A stretch of DNA of 64,000 nt, taken from IMG/VR virus record IMGVR_UViG_3300034092_001898, positions 1 to 64,000 of that record. One strand, given 5' to 3'. The stretch is from a virus. Below, one piece after another: positions 57,026 through 64,000 of this stretch. The position numbers and the translations under genes were made by a program. Each line of letters opens with the position of its first letter. Positions within the stretch are counted from its first letter, which is position 1. The notes beneath the pieces are model-generated. The model ran no database searches and was not told the DNA's origin. It saw nothing but the letters and a program-made list of their open reading frames with translations.

Positions 57026-57414
57026 GCCACTATTTCACGCTACATTTTGCCTCAGAAGAAGACGCCATTCAAGCCGTGGCAGGCTTAAACTTGCTGCCAT
57101 TGGAAATAGTTGATGGCGCTACAACTGAACTGCCAGACTCAATAGTCATCTCTCAAGCCGGAGGGCGCTTGCGTGGAGCGGCTCGTATCATCTCTGGTGT
57201 TGCCATTCCCGGCGAATACAACCCAGAAACTCAAGAGGAAATGAAACCGCCTATTCCTATTCCTGGTACGTTTGTGGATATTGTCCTCAACCGCAACATC
57301 CTCCCATCACAACTCAAGCCCTATCGCGTGCCTTATGGCAGTGCAGGACACGTTTGGGCTAATAGCACGATGGAGGAAGGGGCATGCCCCCCCCTCTTGC
57401 CTCGGCTAACATAA
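57022..57414 (+). CDS. Fibre-associated small protein/chaperone
   Basis: L.FASE..A; coupled to fibre gene. Confidence 0.55.
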   Translation: MSHYFTLHFASEEDAIQAVAGLNLLPLEIVDGATTELPDSIVISQAGGRLRGAARIISGVAIPGEYNPETQEEMKPPIPIPGTFVDIVLNRNILPSQLKPYRVPYGSAGHVWANSTMEEGACPPLLPRLT

Positions 57415-57433
57415 ACAAAACAGGACTTGCATC

Positions 57434-57949
57434 ATGCTTCGCATTAGGAACGGGGAACAACTGGAGCGTCAGTTAATGACCAGCGATGGTCAAGAGGCGA
57501 GAATCGCTTTTAGTCGCCCTGGCACTACTTTCACTTATTCTGGCAACGTTGTTGTTGGCTCTACGGCATCTGGCGTATTTGAAGTGGTGACGAGCGGCGA
57601 AGCGAACATGAGCTTGTTCGTGACCAATGCTCGCGTAAAAATGGTCCGTAGCGGTGTGCCATCGGGGTATTCGGCAATGCGACTGCATTGGTTCAATGCT
57701 GCACCATCAGGTATTAACGATGGATCGGCGCTAGTAGTTAGCAGTGGCGATAGTGAAAAGTACAAAGGCTACAGCGACCTCATTGGTGTAGTAGATTTGG
57801 GGCAAACGATTGTATCTCAAGGCGCTTTGCTGAATAAGCAGATCTTGCTCAACAGTCCTTCGGTGTGGCTGGCCCTCACTCCTGGCACGGTGTTTGCTGC
57901 AGCCTCTGGTACGCCTTATCAAGTGGAACTTGACTACTTTATAGTTTGA
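57434..57949 (+). CDS. Virion structural protein, Ser-Gly rich
   Basis: LH.FNAAP..I.D, Y.GY.DL. Confidence 0.6.
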   Translation: MLRIRNGEQLERQLMTSDGQEARIAFSRPGTTFTYSGNVVVGSTASGVFEVVTSGEANMSLFVTNARVKMVRSGVPSGYSAMRLHWFNAAPSGINDGSALVVSSGDSEKYKGYSDLIGVVDLGQTIVSQGALLNKQILLNSPSVWLALTPGTVFAAASGTPYQVELDYFIV

Positions 57950-58227
57950 TGGAAGATCAATACTGGCGGTTTGCTACTGAGTCGGAAGCCATTGGCGCTT
58001 TAATGCAAGCCAGGATTATTGCTAGCGGCTCTACTGCCGCCACGGTTGGCGTCTTGGATTTTGTGGGGACGATTGCTTATGGCGGAAAGTTTGACTACGA
58101 AGCTCGACGTTTGACTTCCCCTCCATTGGCCTTTTCTGGCTATCACGTTAATTATCGTGGGCCAGTCGTAGCAGGTCTCGCTAAGTATCGCGTGTTTCCC
58201 TCTGCTCCATCGCGGAAGTTTGCATAA
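57949..58227 (+). CDS. Fibre-associated small protein
   Basis: Y.RF..E.EA..D.VG.I..G.HVN.R..P..P.R.FA family that accompanies TRAAD fibres. Confidence 0.65.
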   Translation: MEDQYWRFATESEAIGALMQARIIASGSTAATVGVLDFVGTIAYGGKFDYEARRLTSPPLAFSGYHVNYRGPVVAGLAKYRVFPSAPSRKFA

Positions 58228-58565
58228 TGGAACCAGCCTGCTTTCCAATTACCATCACTCAAGGCGCCACTTTTGATTTGGAAGTGGCGTGGCAAGATTC
58301 CAATGAAATTGGCATCAACATGTCAGGCTGGACGCTAAAAGCTGATCTTTACAATCGCCTTGGCACGCAAAAGCTCGCCTCCTTTGTTTTGCCATGGTCC
58401 AATCAGGCCAGTGGTATTTTTAGGCTCACCATGGCAGCCAGCACTACAAGTGGCATTACTGAAAACGGCCAATACGATGTTTTTGCCACTGATCCATCTG
58501 GGCGAGTGTATTGTCCCCTGGAGGGCTCTGCCCATCTCAATCCCAGCCTTTCGTTTCGGCCATGA
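58227..58565 (+). CDS. BppU-like virion protein
   Basis: I.QGATF..W, YD...D..G....LEG. Confidence 0.7.
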   Translation: MEPACFPITITQGATFDLEVAWQDSNEIGINMSGWTLKADLYNRLGTQKLASFVLPWSNQASGIFRLTMAASTTSGITENGQYDVFATDPSGRVYCPLEGSAHLNPSLSFRP

Positions 58566-59077
58566 CCATCATTGCTAACGTTACAAACAACAGCGTAGTA
58601 TTGCGGGAGCCAGGGCCTGCTGGCGCTCAAGGGATACCGGGATCCAGCGTTAGGTATCAAGCGCAAATTATTCACCTTCCCATTGTTACAATTTCCGGCA
58701 TAGTGCAAAACGTTTATAGCCCAGTGGCTATGAGTGGTACGTTTGACTCAGGGGTGGCCAGTGGTATTGTTGTAGGATCAGGCTTTAGCTTGCGCAATAA
58801 CACTAACGCCACACTCATTTTCAATGCTAGTGCAGTAGCGGAAGCCACTGCTAACAACAACGAAAACCTAGGCTTGCGCCTCACTAAGAATGGTGTCACC
58901 ATTGCCAATAGTGAAACCAGTGCTCACGTTAGCAATTCGAGTGCTGCGTCTTTGCTGATTGTCCCATCCTTTTACTTGGAGCTTGCCCATGGCGATGAAG
59001 TAGGATTGGCCGTGACCAATTTTTCGGCTAACGTCAATATCAGCCTGCAGCGAACACGGCTAACCCTTAGCGTTTAA
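58562..59077 (+). CDS. Virion protein with short collagen-like motif and C1q/TNF-like domain
   Basis: PGPAGAQGIPG; L.KNG..I..S, L..GD.V. Confidence 0.6.
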   Translation: MTIIANVTNNSVVLREPGPAGAQGIPGSSVRYQAQIIHLPIVTISGIVQNVYSPVAMSGTFDSGVASGIVVGSGFSLRNNTNATLIFNASAVAEATANNNENLGLRLTKNGVTIANSETSAHVSNSSAASLLIVPSFYLELAHGDEVGLAVTNFSANVNISLQRTRLTLSV

Positions 59078-60171
59078 TAGTCCCAGCGCACGCGAGGACG
59101 ACCGGGCCTAATGCCAAGGTGGACAAAGCCTTTCGGCGCACCATAGCCCAGGCTGTAAGGCCAGTTGCTATCGCACCAATCTTGCACAGCGTAAATACTC
59201 TTGCCAGTCACGAGGAAGTCCACGGCGCCAGTATCCGGGGCATCGTATAGATGTTCAGACTGGCTGGCTCCTCCGACGGCACGATTGATGGCCAGAGGGC
59301 GATAACCTGATGTGATCTCGATGGGCGCACCAAACTCAGCCCGCACTTTCTCTAAGAACTCAGCAATCAATCGCGCTGTGGCACATTGATGACTGGCCAC
59401 GAACCGTCTTGCTTCCTGATACAATGCAAACTCGCCATAGGTGACATGAGGCGTGATTTGCATGGTGAAGGGGCTGGACGGCACAAAGGCTGCAGGAGCC
59501 GCTTGGGGCGGGGCTGGAGGCTTGGGCAGCCCCTGACTCCATAGATCTCCCTCTGCTGCCCTACGACGCCTCAGGCCAGCCTCTGTGGACGTACCCGGAT
59601 TCACATAAAGAGCCATTGCCGCTGGCACTTTGTCCCACGCAAAATCAGCAAGTCGTTTTGTGATCGTCTCAAATCCAACGAGCCCATAGAAGTTCCAGCC
59701 AACGTTATAGGCAAAACTCATTAAGGCTCCCTTTTGACCATCGTTCATTTTGTCCCAACCTGGAATGGTGCGCTTCAAGGTGGGCAGTACAAAGTTCTCT
59801 AGGGTATTGCTCAGCATGGCATCGGCTACGTTTTGCGTGATGCGGTCGCCTTTCTTGACTGGAGCACCATCGAAATGCTTTGTGTTGCCCCAGCCAATCG
59901 TCCACACCCCCACCCCATCGTCGTAAGCCTCAAGCTCACAACCCTCAAACTCCTGCACTAGCGCCAGCCCTTTAGCCGGGATAGTGGAGGGAGAAGGGTT
60001 GGGGGCTGTTTGCTTGCCAGCACTAGACCATGTGGCAAACCATGGCTGGCTCCTATCCATTGGATTAGGGGCGCCTTTAGCCAGCGCTTCATCAAGCTCT
60101 ACAAGGGCTGCATCCTGAAGAGGCAGCCCCTTGTAGAACCGGACAATATCACGCACCAATACCCGAGACAT
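59074..60171 (-). CDS. Endolysin: GH24 lysozyme plus Peptidase M15 domain
   Basis: EFEG..AY.D..GVWTIGWG, GL.RRR.AE; ITSGYR..SEH..AVD..FVHL. Confidence 0.88.
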   Translation of the reverse strand: MSRVLVRDIVRFYKGLPLQDAALVELDEALAKGAPNPMDRSQPWFATWSSAGKQTAPNPSPSTIPAKGLALVQEFEGCELEAYDDGVGVWTIGWGNTKHFDGAPVKKGDRITQNVADAMLSNTLENFVLPTLKRTIPGWDKMNDGQKGALMSFAYNVGWNFYGLVGFETITKRLADFAWDKVPAAMALYVNPGTSTEAGLRRRRAAEGDLWSQGLPKPPAPPQAAPAAFVPSSPFTMQITPHVTYGEFALYQEARRFVASHQCATARLIAEFLEKVRAEFGAPIEITSGYRPLAINRAVGGASQSEHLYDAPDTGAVDFLVTGKSIYAVQDWCDSNWPYSLGYGAPKGFVHLGIRPGRPRVRWDY

Positions 60172-60317
60172 CAGCGACGATACGGGGCGAACAGGGCTTT
60201 GGCAACAGCGATAATCAATTCCACTTGCGAATTGGGCTTGATCGGCAGCATTGCAATGATGGTTTCAATGGCGCCAACAATTACGGCACCAATGGCCATG
60301 TATTCAAGGGCAGTCAT
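60171..60317 (-). CDS. Holin-like small membrane protein (48 aa; not in ORF track)
   Basis: MTALEYMAIGAVIVGAIETIIAMLPIKPNSQVELIIAVAKALFAPYRR; stop overlaps endolysin start. Confidence 0.65.
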   Translation of the reverse strand: MTALEYMAIGAVIVGAIETIIAMLPIKPNSQVELIIAVAKALFAPYRR

Positions 60318-60341
60318 TAGAAAGACGCAACTACCAATAGC

Positions 60342-60593
60342 TTAGCGCTTAATCTCCAAGATTCGCACTCGATCTATTAGGTTATCAACGTCAACAGAAT
60401 CAGCCTTGCCATCCACCTTGCCAGTTAAGGCGTCTACGAGCTTCGTGATTGTTTCGATTTGAGTGTTAATCCTGACTTGCTGTTGTCCCACAGCAATTAA
60501 AGTGCCGCCACTAGCCAGCAAAATGGCTGCTGTGACAGTGCTTGTCAAGGAGCTTAGCCATTCCTGCCATGACTTGTCGGTAGGGTCTGCCAT
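60342..60593 (-). CDS. Single-TM coiled-coil lysis-cassette protein
   Basis: TM segment, ends DRVRILE. Confidence 0.6.
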   Translation of the reverse strand: MADPTDKSWQEWLSSLTSTVTAAILLASGGTLIAVGQQQVRINTQIETITKLVDALTGKVDGKADSVDVDNLIDRVRILEIKR

Positions 60594-60673
60594 TGCCGCA
60601 TTTCCATTCCTCCATTCTATCTGAAAGTTGCCCTTTAACTTTGTTGTAGGCTAAGGGCAGTGGCGAGGATTCA

Positions 60674-61123
60674 ATGGAAGTGGCCTACCACCCTGACGAT
60701 TTGCTCAACAACTTGATTGAACTTCGTCCAGGTGATGCCCGTAAGCGATTCCGCAAAGCTATTTTTGACGACTATCCTTTGCGTGGTCCGTTGGGCCATT
60801 GCTGTTGCGCTTATTGCGGCAAGTGGAATGAAAAGCTAACGCTAGATCACGTCATTCCCAAAAGCAAAGGCGGTCCTCATTATTCTCGCTATAACCTTGT
60901 GCCTGCCTGTAATCGCTGCAATGTCATCAAGGCTAGTGATGATGTTTTGGAGTTTTGGCGCCCTCAGGAATGGTGGTCGGCTGAAAGGGAAGCCGTTTTG
61001 TTTCGATGGGTGATGGTTAATTCGTGGATGGCCGGACGGCTGGCGGAGGCAGATGATCTGCCTCCAGCGCAGCCACTAATCATTCCATTCCCTGTTCCGC
61101 CATTTGATCAATTAAGCGATTGA
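60674..61123 (+). CDS. HNH endonuclease
   Basis: CAYCG..LTLDHVIPKSKGG..NLVPAC..CN..K. Confidence 0.88.
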   Translation: MEVAYHPDDLLNNLIELRPGDARKRFRKAIFDDYPLRGPLGHCCCAYCGKWNEKLTLDHVIPKSKGGPHYSRYNLVPACNRCNVIKASDDVLEFWRPQEWWSAEREAVLFRWVMVNSWMAGRLAEADDLPPAQPLIIPFPVPPFDQLSD

Positions 61124-61316
61124 GATACCAACGCGCTTTTTCTGCATCTTGCCTTGGCTTGCCTTTATACCAAAGCCTTAGAAGGTACTTCAGGACTTGG
61201 CCGTGGAGGAAAGCCAGGTTGGCCAAGGGGGCGACTTTGATTGCATCTTCGATTGTGATAATTGCCTCTTGAGAGCCTTGCTTGTAGTGACTGGGATGAT
61301 TAACGGGATCGCTCAT
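61080..61316 (-). CDS. DUF3310 (T7 gp1.7-like nucleotide kinase) protein
   Basis: DPVNHPSHY, KYL.R...K...QD..KA.WYL. Confidence 0.85.
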   Translation of the reverse strand: MSDPVNHPSHYKQGSQEAIITIEDAIKVAPLANLAFLHGQVLKYLLRLWYKGKPRQDAEKARWYLNRLIDQMAEQGME

Positions 61317-61320
61317 GGAA

Positions 61321-62034
61321 TCAGACGTTGATGGGGCTGTTGGCCACAAGGGCAAAAACGTGGGGGAACCGAGACGCGGCAAGTTCTGTGAGGGCTTTGG
61401 CATACTGTTGAATTTCGTACTGAGCACCATCTTCTTGACGTAGGGCAATGAAATGCAGCAGTGCTTGCAGGGAGCAAGTCCAAGTGAAACTTGTGTAGAG
61501 ACATGCTGGCAGTACAGCGCGAGCCTGTTCTTTTGCTACCCCCATTTCAATGAGATTAACGTAGCTTTCAACAGCAATACCAACGGCACGACTATAAAGA
61601 GCACTCGCTTTGTGTTGCGCGTCGATTTCACCATTGCTTGCCTGCTTATTGTTTGTGGATTGAGCGCGAAACACCAATGGTGCATAGTATTCGTTGTCCT
61701 TTGCTTGACAGTAGCGAAAGCTTTTTTCGTTCCAGCCAAGTTGATCATCAACATAAGTGCAGGCAACAACGTGCTTCCACCATTGACGGGCAATGAATAG
61801 TGGTGCCTTAACATGAAAGCGCAAAACACTTCCTCGCAACGGGGAAGTGTGGTTATTGGTTAGAAGGAATGAAAGAAGCCCCTGCTCCTTTTCCCCAAAG
61901 TGTTGCGAATGGCGATCATAGCTTTGCTTGGCATCATTCACAATCGCCAAGTCGTCGCCCATTGCGTCTAGCAATTCCACTTTGCCAATGCCGTCCCCTA
62001 GCGGGAACCGCTGATCTCCCCTTTCACTAGCCAT
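61321..62034 (-). CDS. thyX: FAD-dependent thymidylate synthase
   Basis: H.SP, APLFIARQW.KH, WNE.S.RY, EQAR.VLP, AQ.EI. Confidence 0.9.
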   Translation of the reverse strand: MASERGDQRFPLGDGIGKVELLDAMGDDLAIVNDAKQSYDRHSQHFGEKEQGLLSFLLTNNHTSPLRGSVLRFHVKAPLFIARQWWKHVVACTYVDDQLGWNEKSFRYCQAKDNEYYAPLVFRAQSTNNKQASNGEIDAQHKASALYSRAVGIAVESYVNLIEMGVAKEQARAVLPACLYTSFTWTCSLQALLHFIALRQEDGAQYEIQQYAKALTELAASRFPHVFALVANSPINV

Positions 62035-62369
62035 AAAGGCCGAATGCGTTGCAATGGCACGATAGCACTAATCCGCACTCCATTGCTCCATCTGACCGTG
62101 GCACAACGCCTATTCCCGTGTTTCTCCAGCCCTTCTAGCGTGCCTTCAATGGCAGTGGCCATCCATCCTGCGGCAGTCCACTTCACCATCACTACAGCCT
62201 CTCCTGGCGTCCACTGGTAGCCCTTGGGTGATGGCGGGAGGTAGTGGCGGCGGGCAATCCACCCATCCGGTTTCGGTCCCCCCGCATTATCCACATGCTC
62301 AATTCTGTAGCAATAATGTGCCCTTCTGTCTAGCCTAGTCGTGTAGACCAAGCGTTTCTCAATCGTCAT
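61998..62369 (-). CDS. Hypothetical protein
   Basis: Overlaps thyX start; true start may be further downstream. Confidence 0.45.
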   Translation of the reverse strand: MTIEKRLVYTTRLDRRAHYCYRIEHVDNAGGPKPDGWIARRHYLPPSPKGYQWTPGEAVVMVKWTAAGWMATAIEGTLEGLEKHGNRRCATVRWSNGVRISAIVPLQRIRPLWLVKGEISGSR

Positions 62370-62721
62370 GGCCTTTACGTTTCCCGTTGTGGCTAGTTAC
62401 AATGGCCGCAAGCTTCTAATTACCATGGGTCCTTTTGATCACACCGTCGAACGCGAGTTTTCCTTGGCCGCAGCCAAGACCGCAGTGGATAATTGCACTG
62501 ACTTTAACGGCTTGAAGCAAAAAACCAAGGATCTCGTTGATGCCTATGGCGCTTTGCAAACTGCTTTTCAAGGGCTGATGCTTGAAAACATCAGGTTTCG
62601 CCAGACGATTGAATCACAGGCTGCTGATCTAGCGGCGGCAGATGCTCTACTCCAGGAATGTGCTTCCCGGAACGGCTCAGGATGGTGGCGGCAATTAGCT
62701 CGTACCATCTTCGCTCGCTAA
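62368..62721 (+). CDS. Hypothetical coiled-coil protein
   Basis: ATG start; helical. Confidence 0.55.
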   Translation: MAFTFPVVASYNGRKLLITMGPFDHTVEREFSLAAAKTAVDNCTDFNGLKQKTKDLVDAYGALQTAFQGLMLENIRFRQTIESQAADLAAADALLQECASRNGSGWWRQLARTIFAR

Positions 62722-63100
62722 CCATTCGTGGCGTAACCAAAAAGATTACCCATCCATCAGCAGATGCCAAGTTGTACTTAGTGGCATCACGCTCATAGCC
62801 CATTCCCTGTACGTGGCGGCCTCCCGTGTAGATGCCGCCTTGGATTTCAATTCCAACTTTGCTTTCTTCGTGGGCAAAGTCCAGGCGATAGCGACGGCTG
62901 CGTTTACTTTTCCTTAATCTTTGCGCATAGTCATCCTCCCATGTTGGAATGTCGTCAAACTCGCTCAGTAGAGGAATGTTAGGAAAGTTGTAAGTCCATG
63001 CGCCCCAAAACTTTCGCTCTAAAGAACTTGCCTTGCTAGGTAGTGTCGGAGAGTTTTGCCTGGGCACGGGCTGCAAATAACTTCTTGATAGTCTAAACAA
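62591..63100 (-). CDS. DUF559/Vsr-like endonuclease
   Basis: YRLDFA..IEIQGG..GRH..GYERD..KYN.A..GW. Confidence 0.8.
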   Translation of the reverse strand: MFRLSRSYLQPVPRQNSPTLPSKASSLERKFWGAWTYNFPNIPLLSEFDDIPTWEDDYAQRLRKSKRSRRYRLDFAHEESKVGIEIQGGIYTGGRHVQGMGYERDATKYNLASADGWVIFLVTPRMVSERRWYELIAATILSRSGKHIPGVEHLPPLDQQPVIQSSGET

Positions 63101-63135
63101 AAAGAGGGCCAGAGGCCCTCAGTCATCACTTGCCT

Positions 63136-63717
63136 TCAGACCGTGGCTACCATCAGCGACTTTGCGCCCTGATACTGCCCCTCATACGGCTTTGCCACTT
63201 CTCCGCAATCGGCCATTACGATCTGGGCAATGCCTTCATTGGCCCAAATCCGGGCAAACATTGGCGTGGGGTTGACAATCGAAATCGTCAAGTGGCCACA
63301 CCATCCCGGCTCGATGGGCGTGATATTGGCAATGATGCCAAGGCGGGCATAGGTGGACTTGCCGAAACCAAACGCCATGACGTGTGCGGGCATGGTAAAT
63401 AGTTCCACAGAAGCCCCCAAAGCCGAACAATGGGGAGGCAGCCAGAAAAAGCTCCCTTCATCGGTGGTTTGCAGTTCTGCCGTGACTGGCTCAATCATGT
63501 GCCCAAGTTTGGGGCACAAAAACACCGGATAATCCTCCGGGGGCGTAAAGACAAGAAACCGCTCAGGGGACAACGTGATGTCATAGCCCGCTTGGCTCAG
63601 GCCAAAAGATACTGCCTTTTGCCCATTGTCATTCGTGCGCCGCTTCTCTCCATGGAAAGGAAAAAACACATCCTTGTCGTCCTGCAAGGCTTGCAGGGCT
63701 TTGTCGTTGTAGATCAT
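63136..63717 (-). CDS. dcd: dCTP deaminase
   Basis: SFGLS..GYD, GKSTYAR.G, TPIEPGW.G.LT, EGIAQ, YQG. Confidence 0.9.
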   Translation of the reverse strand: MIYNDKALQALQDDKDVFFPFHGEKRRTNDNGQKAVSFGLSQAGYDITLSPERFLVFTPPEDYPVFLCPKLGHMIEPVTAELQTTDEGSFFWLPPHCSALGASVELFTMPAHVMAFGFGKSTYARLGIIANITPIEPGWCGHLTISIVNPTPMFARIWANEGIAQIVMADCGEVAKPYEGQYQGAKSLMVATV

Positions 63718-63726
63718 GGTGAAGAA

Positions 63727-64000
63727 TTAAAGACTTTGGACTTTGTGCTTAAACTCAACCCATTCGGGCTCATGCCAGCAGTGGCTGCCTTTGCGCATTT
63801 CGTCGTCCATTACATAGTCTTTGGCTTCCTGCAAGGACGAAAACCAGCGAACGCCATTCTCAAGGCTGTTGATCAATTCATCAATTTCGGCGTAAGTTCC
63901 GCAAGCCTGCAGAGCATCGCAAACACAGCATGATCCAAAGCTGAAAACTAAAAAGCCAAAGCCTTTAGCGTCGTCTTGAAGGATTGCAACTGTGTCGCCT
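63727..64000 (-). CDS. Partial conserved phage protein (GSC..CDALQAC family)
   Basis: Open frame GDTV..GFLVFSFGSCCVCDALQAC..; starts outside the window. Confidence 0.55.
   Translation of the reverse strand, partial: GDTVAILQDDAKGFGFLVFSFGSCCVCDALQACGTYAEIDELINSLENGVRWFSSLQEAKDYVMDDEMRKGSHCWHEPEWVEFKHKVQSL

Noticed and set aside
61080-63717. Modified-base (Z or hypermodified) DNA pathway
   Set aside because: Only standard ThyX, Dcd and DUF3310 are seen; no PurZ, DatZ or Que-type genes in the window.

Overview
A 64-kb segment of a tailed dsDNA phage genome, probably a long-tailed siphovirus of picocyanobacteria (Synechococcus/Cyanobium-like). The host is inferred from a Cyano-SP-clade ribonucleotide reductase, a CP12-like gene and pyrimidine-rich leaders lacking Shine-Dalgarno sequences. 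Layout: (1) 1-12.6 kb holds small early/accessory genes, two related degenerate repeat arrays, a Fur-box-like triple repeat and a highly structured non-coding region; (2) 12.7-18 kb holds RNR alpha/beta, a tRNA-like element, a metallophosphoesterase and the CP12-like gene; (3) 18-31.7 kb holds the terminase (minus strand), a DUF1073-type portal, head morphogenesis protein, an embedded glycosyltransferase/methyltransferase/HAD cluster, an HNH, DUF2213 protease-scaffold, decoration protein and DUF2184 capsid; (4) 31.7-59 kb holds connectors, tail tube, a frameshifted tail chaperone, tape measure, a lambda-like tail tip and many fibre/spike genes; (5) 59-64 kb holds lysis genes, an HNH, DUF3310, ThyX, a nuclease and dCTP deaminase. 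The most notable inferences are: a candidate virion-glycosylation system (glycosyltransferases in the head module plus strong Ser-Gly enrichment in surface proteins); a second programmed -1 frameshift in a head gene using the same C-CCA-AAG heptamer as the tail chaperone; recurrent [K/R]-x-D boundaries suggesting polyprotein-like head processing; an HNH insertion that rebuilt the 5' end of its target gene; and a four-unit structured RNA/ssDNA element. All family assignments are by motif recognition only; no database searches were run.
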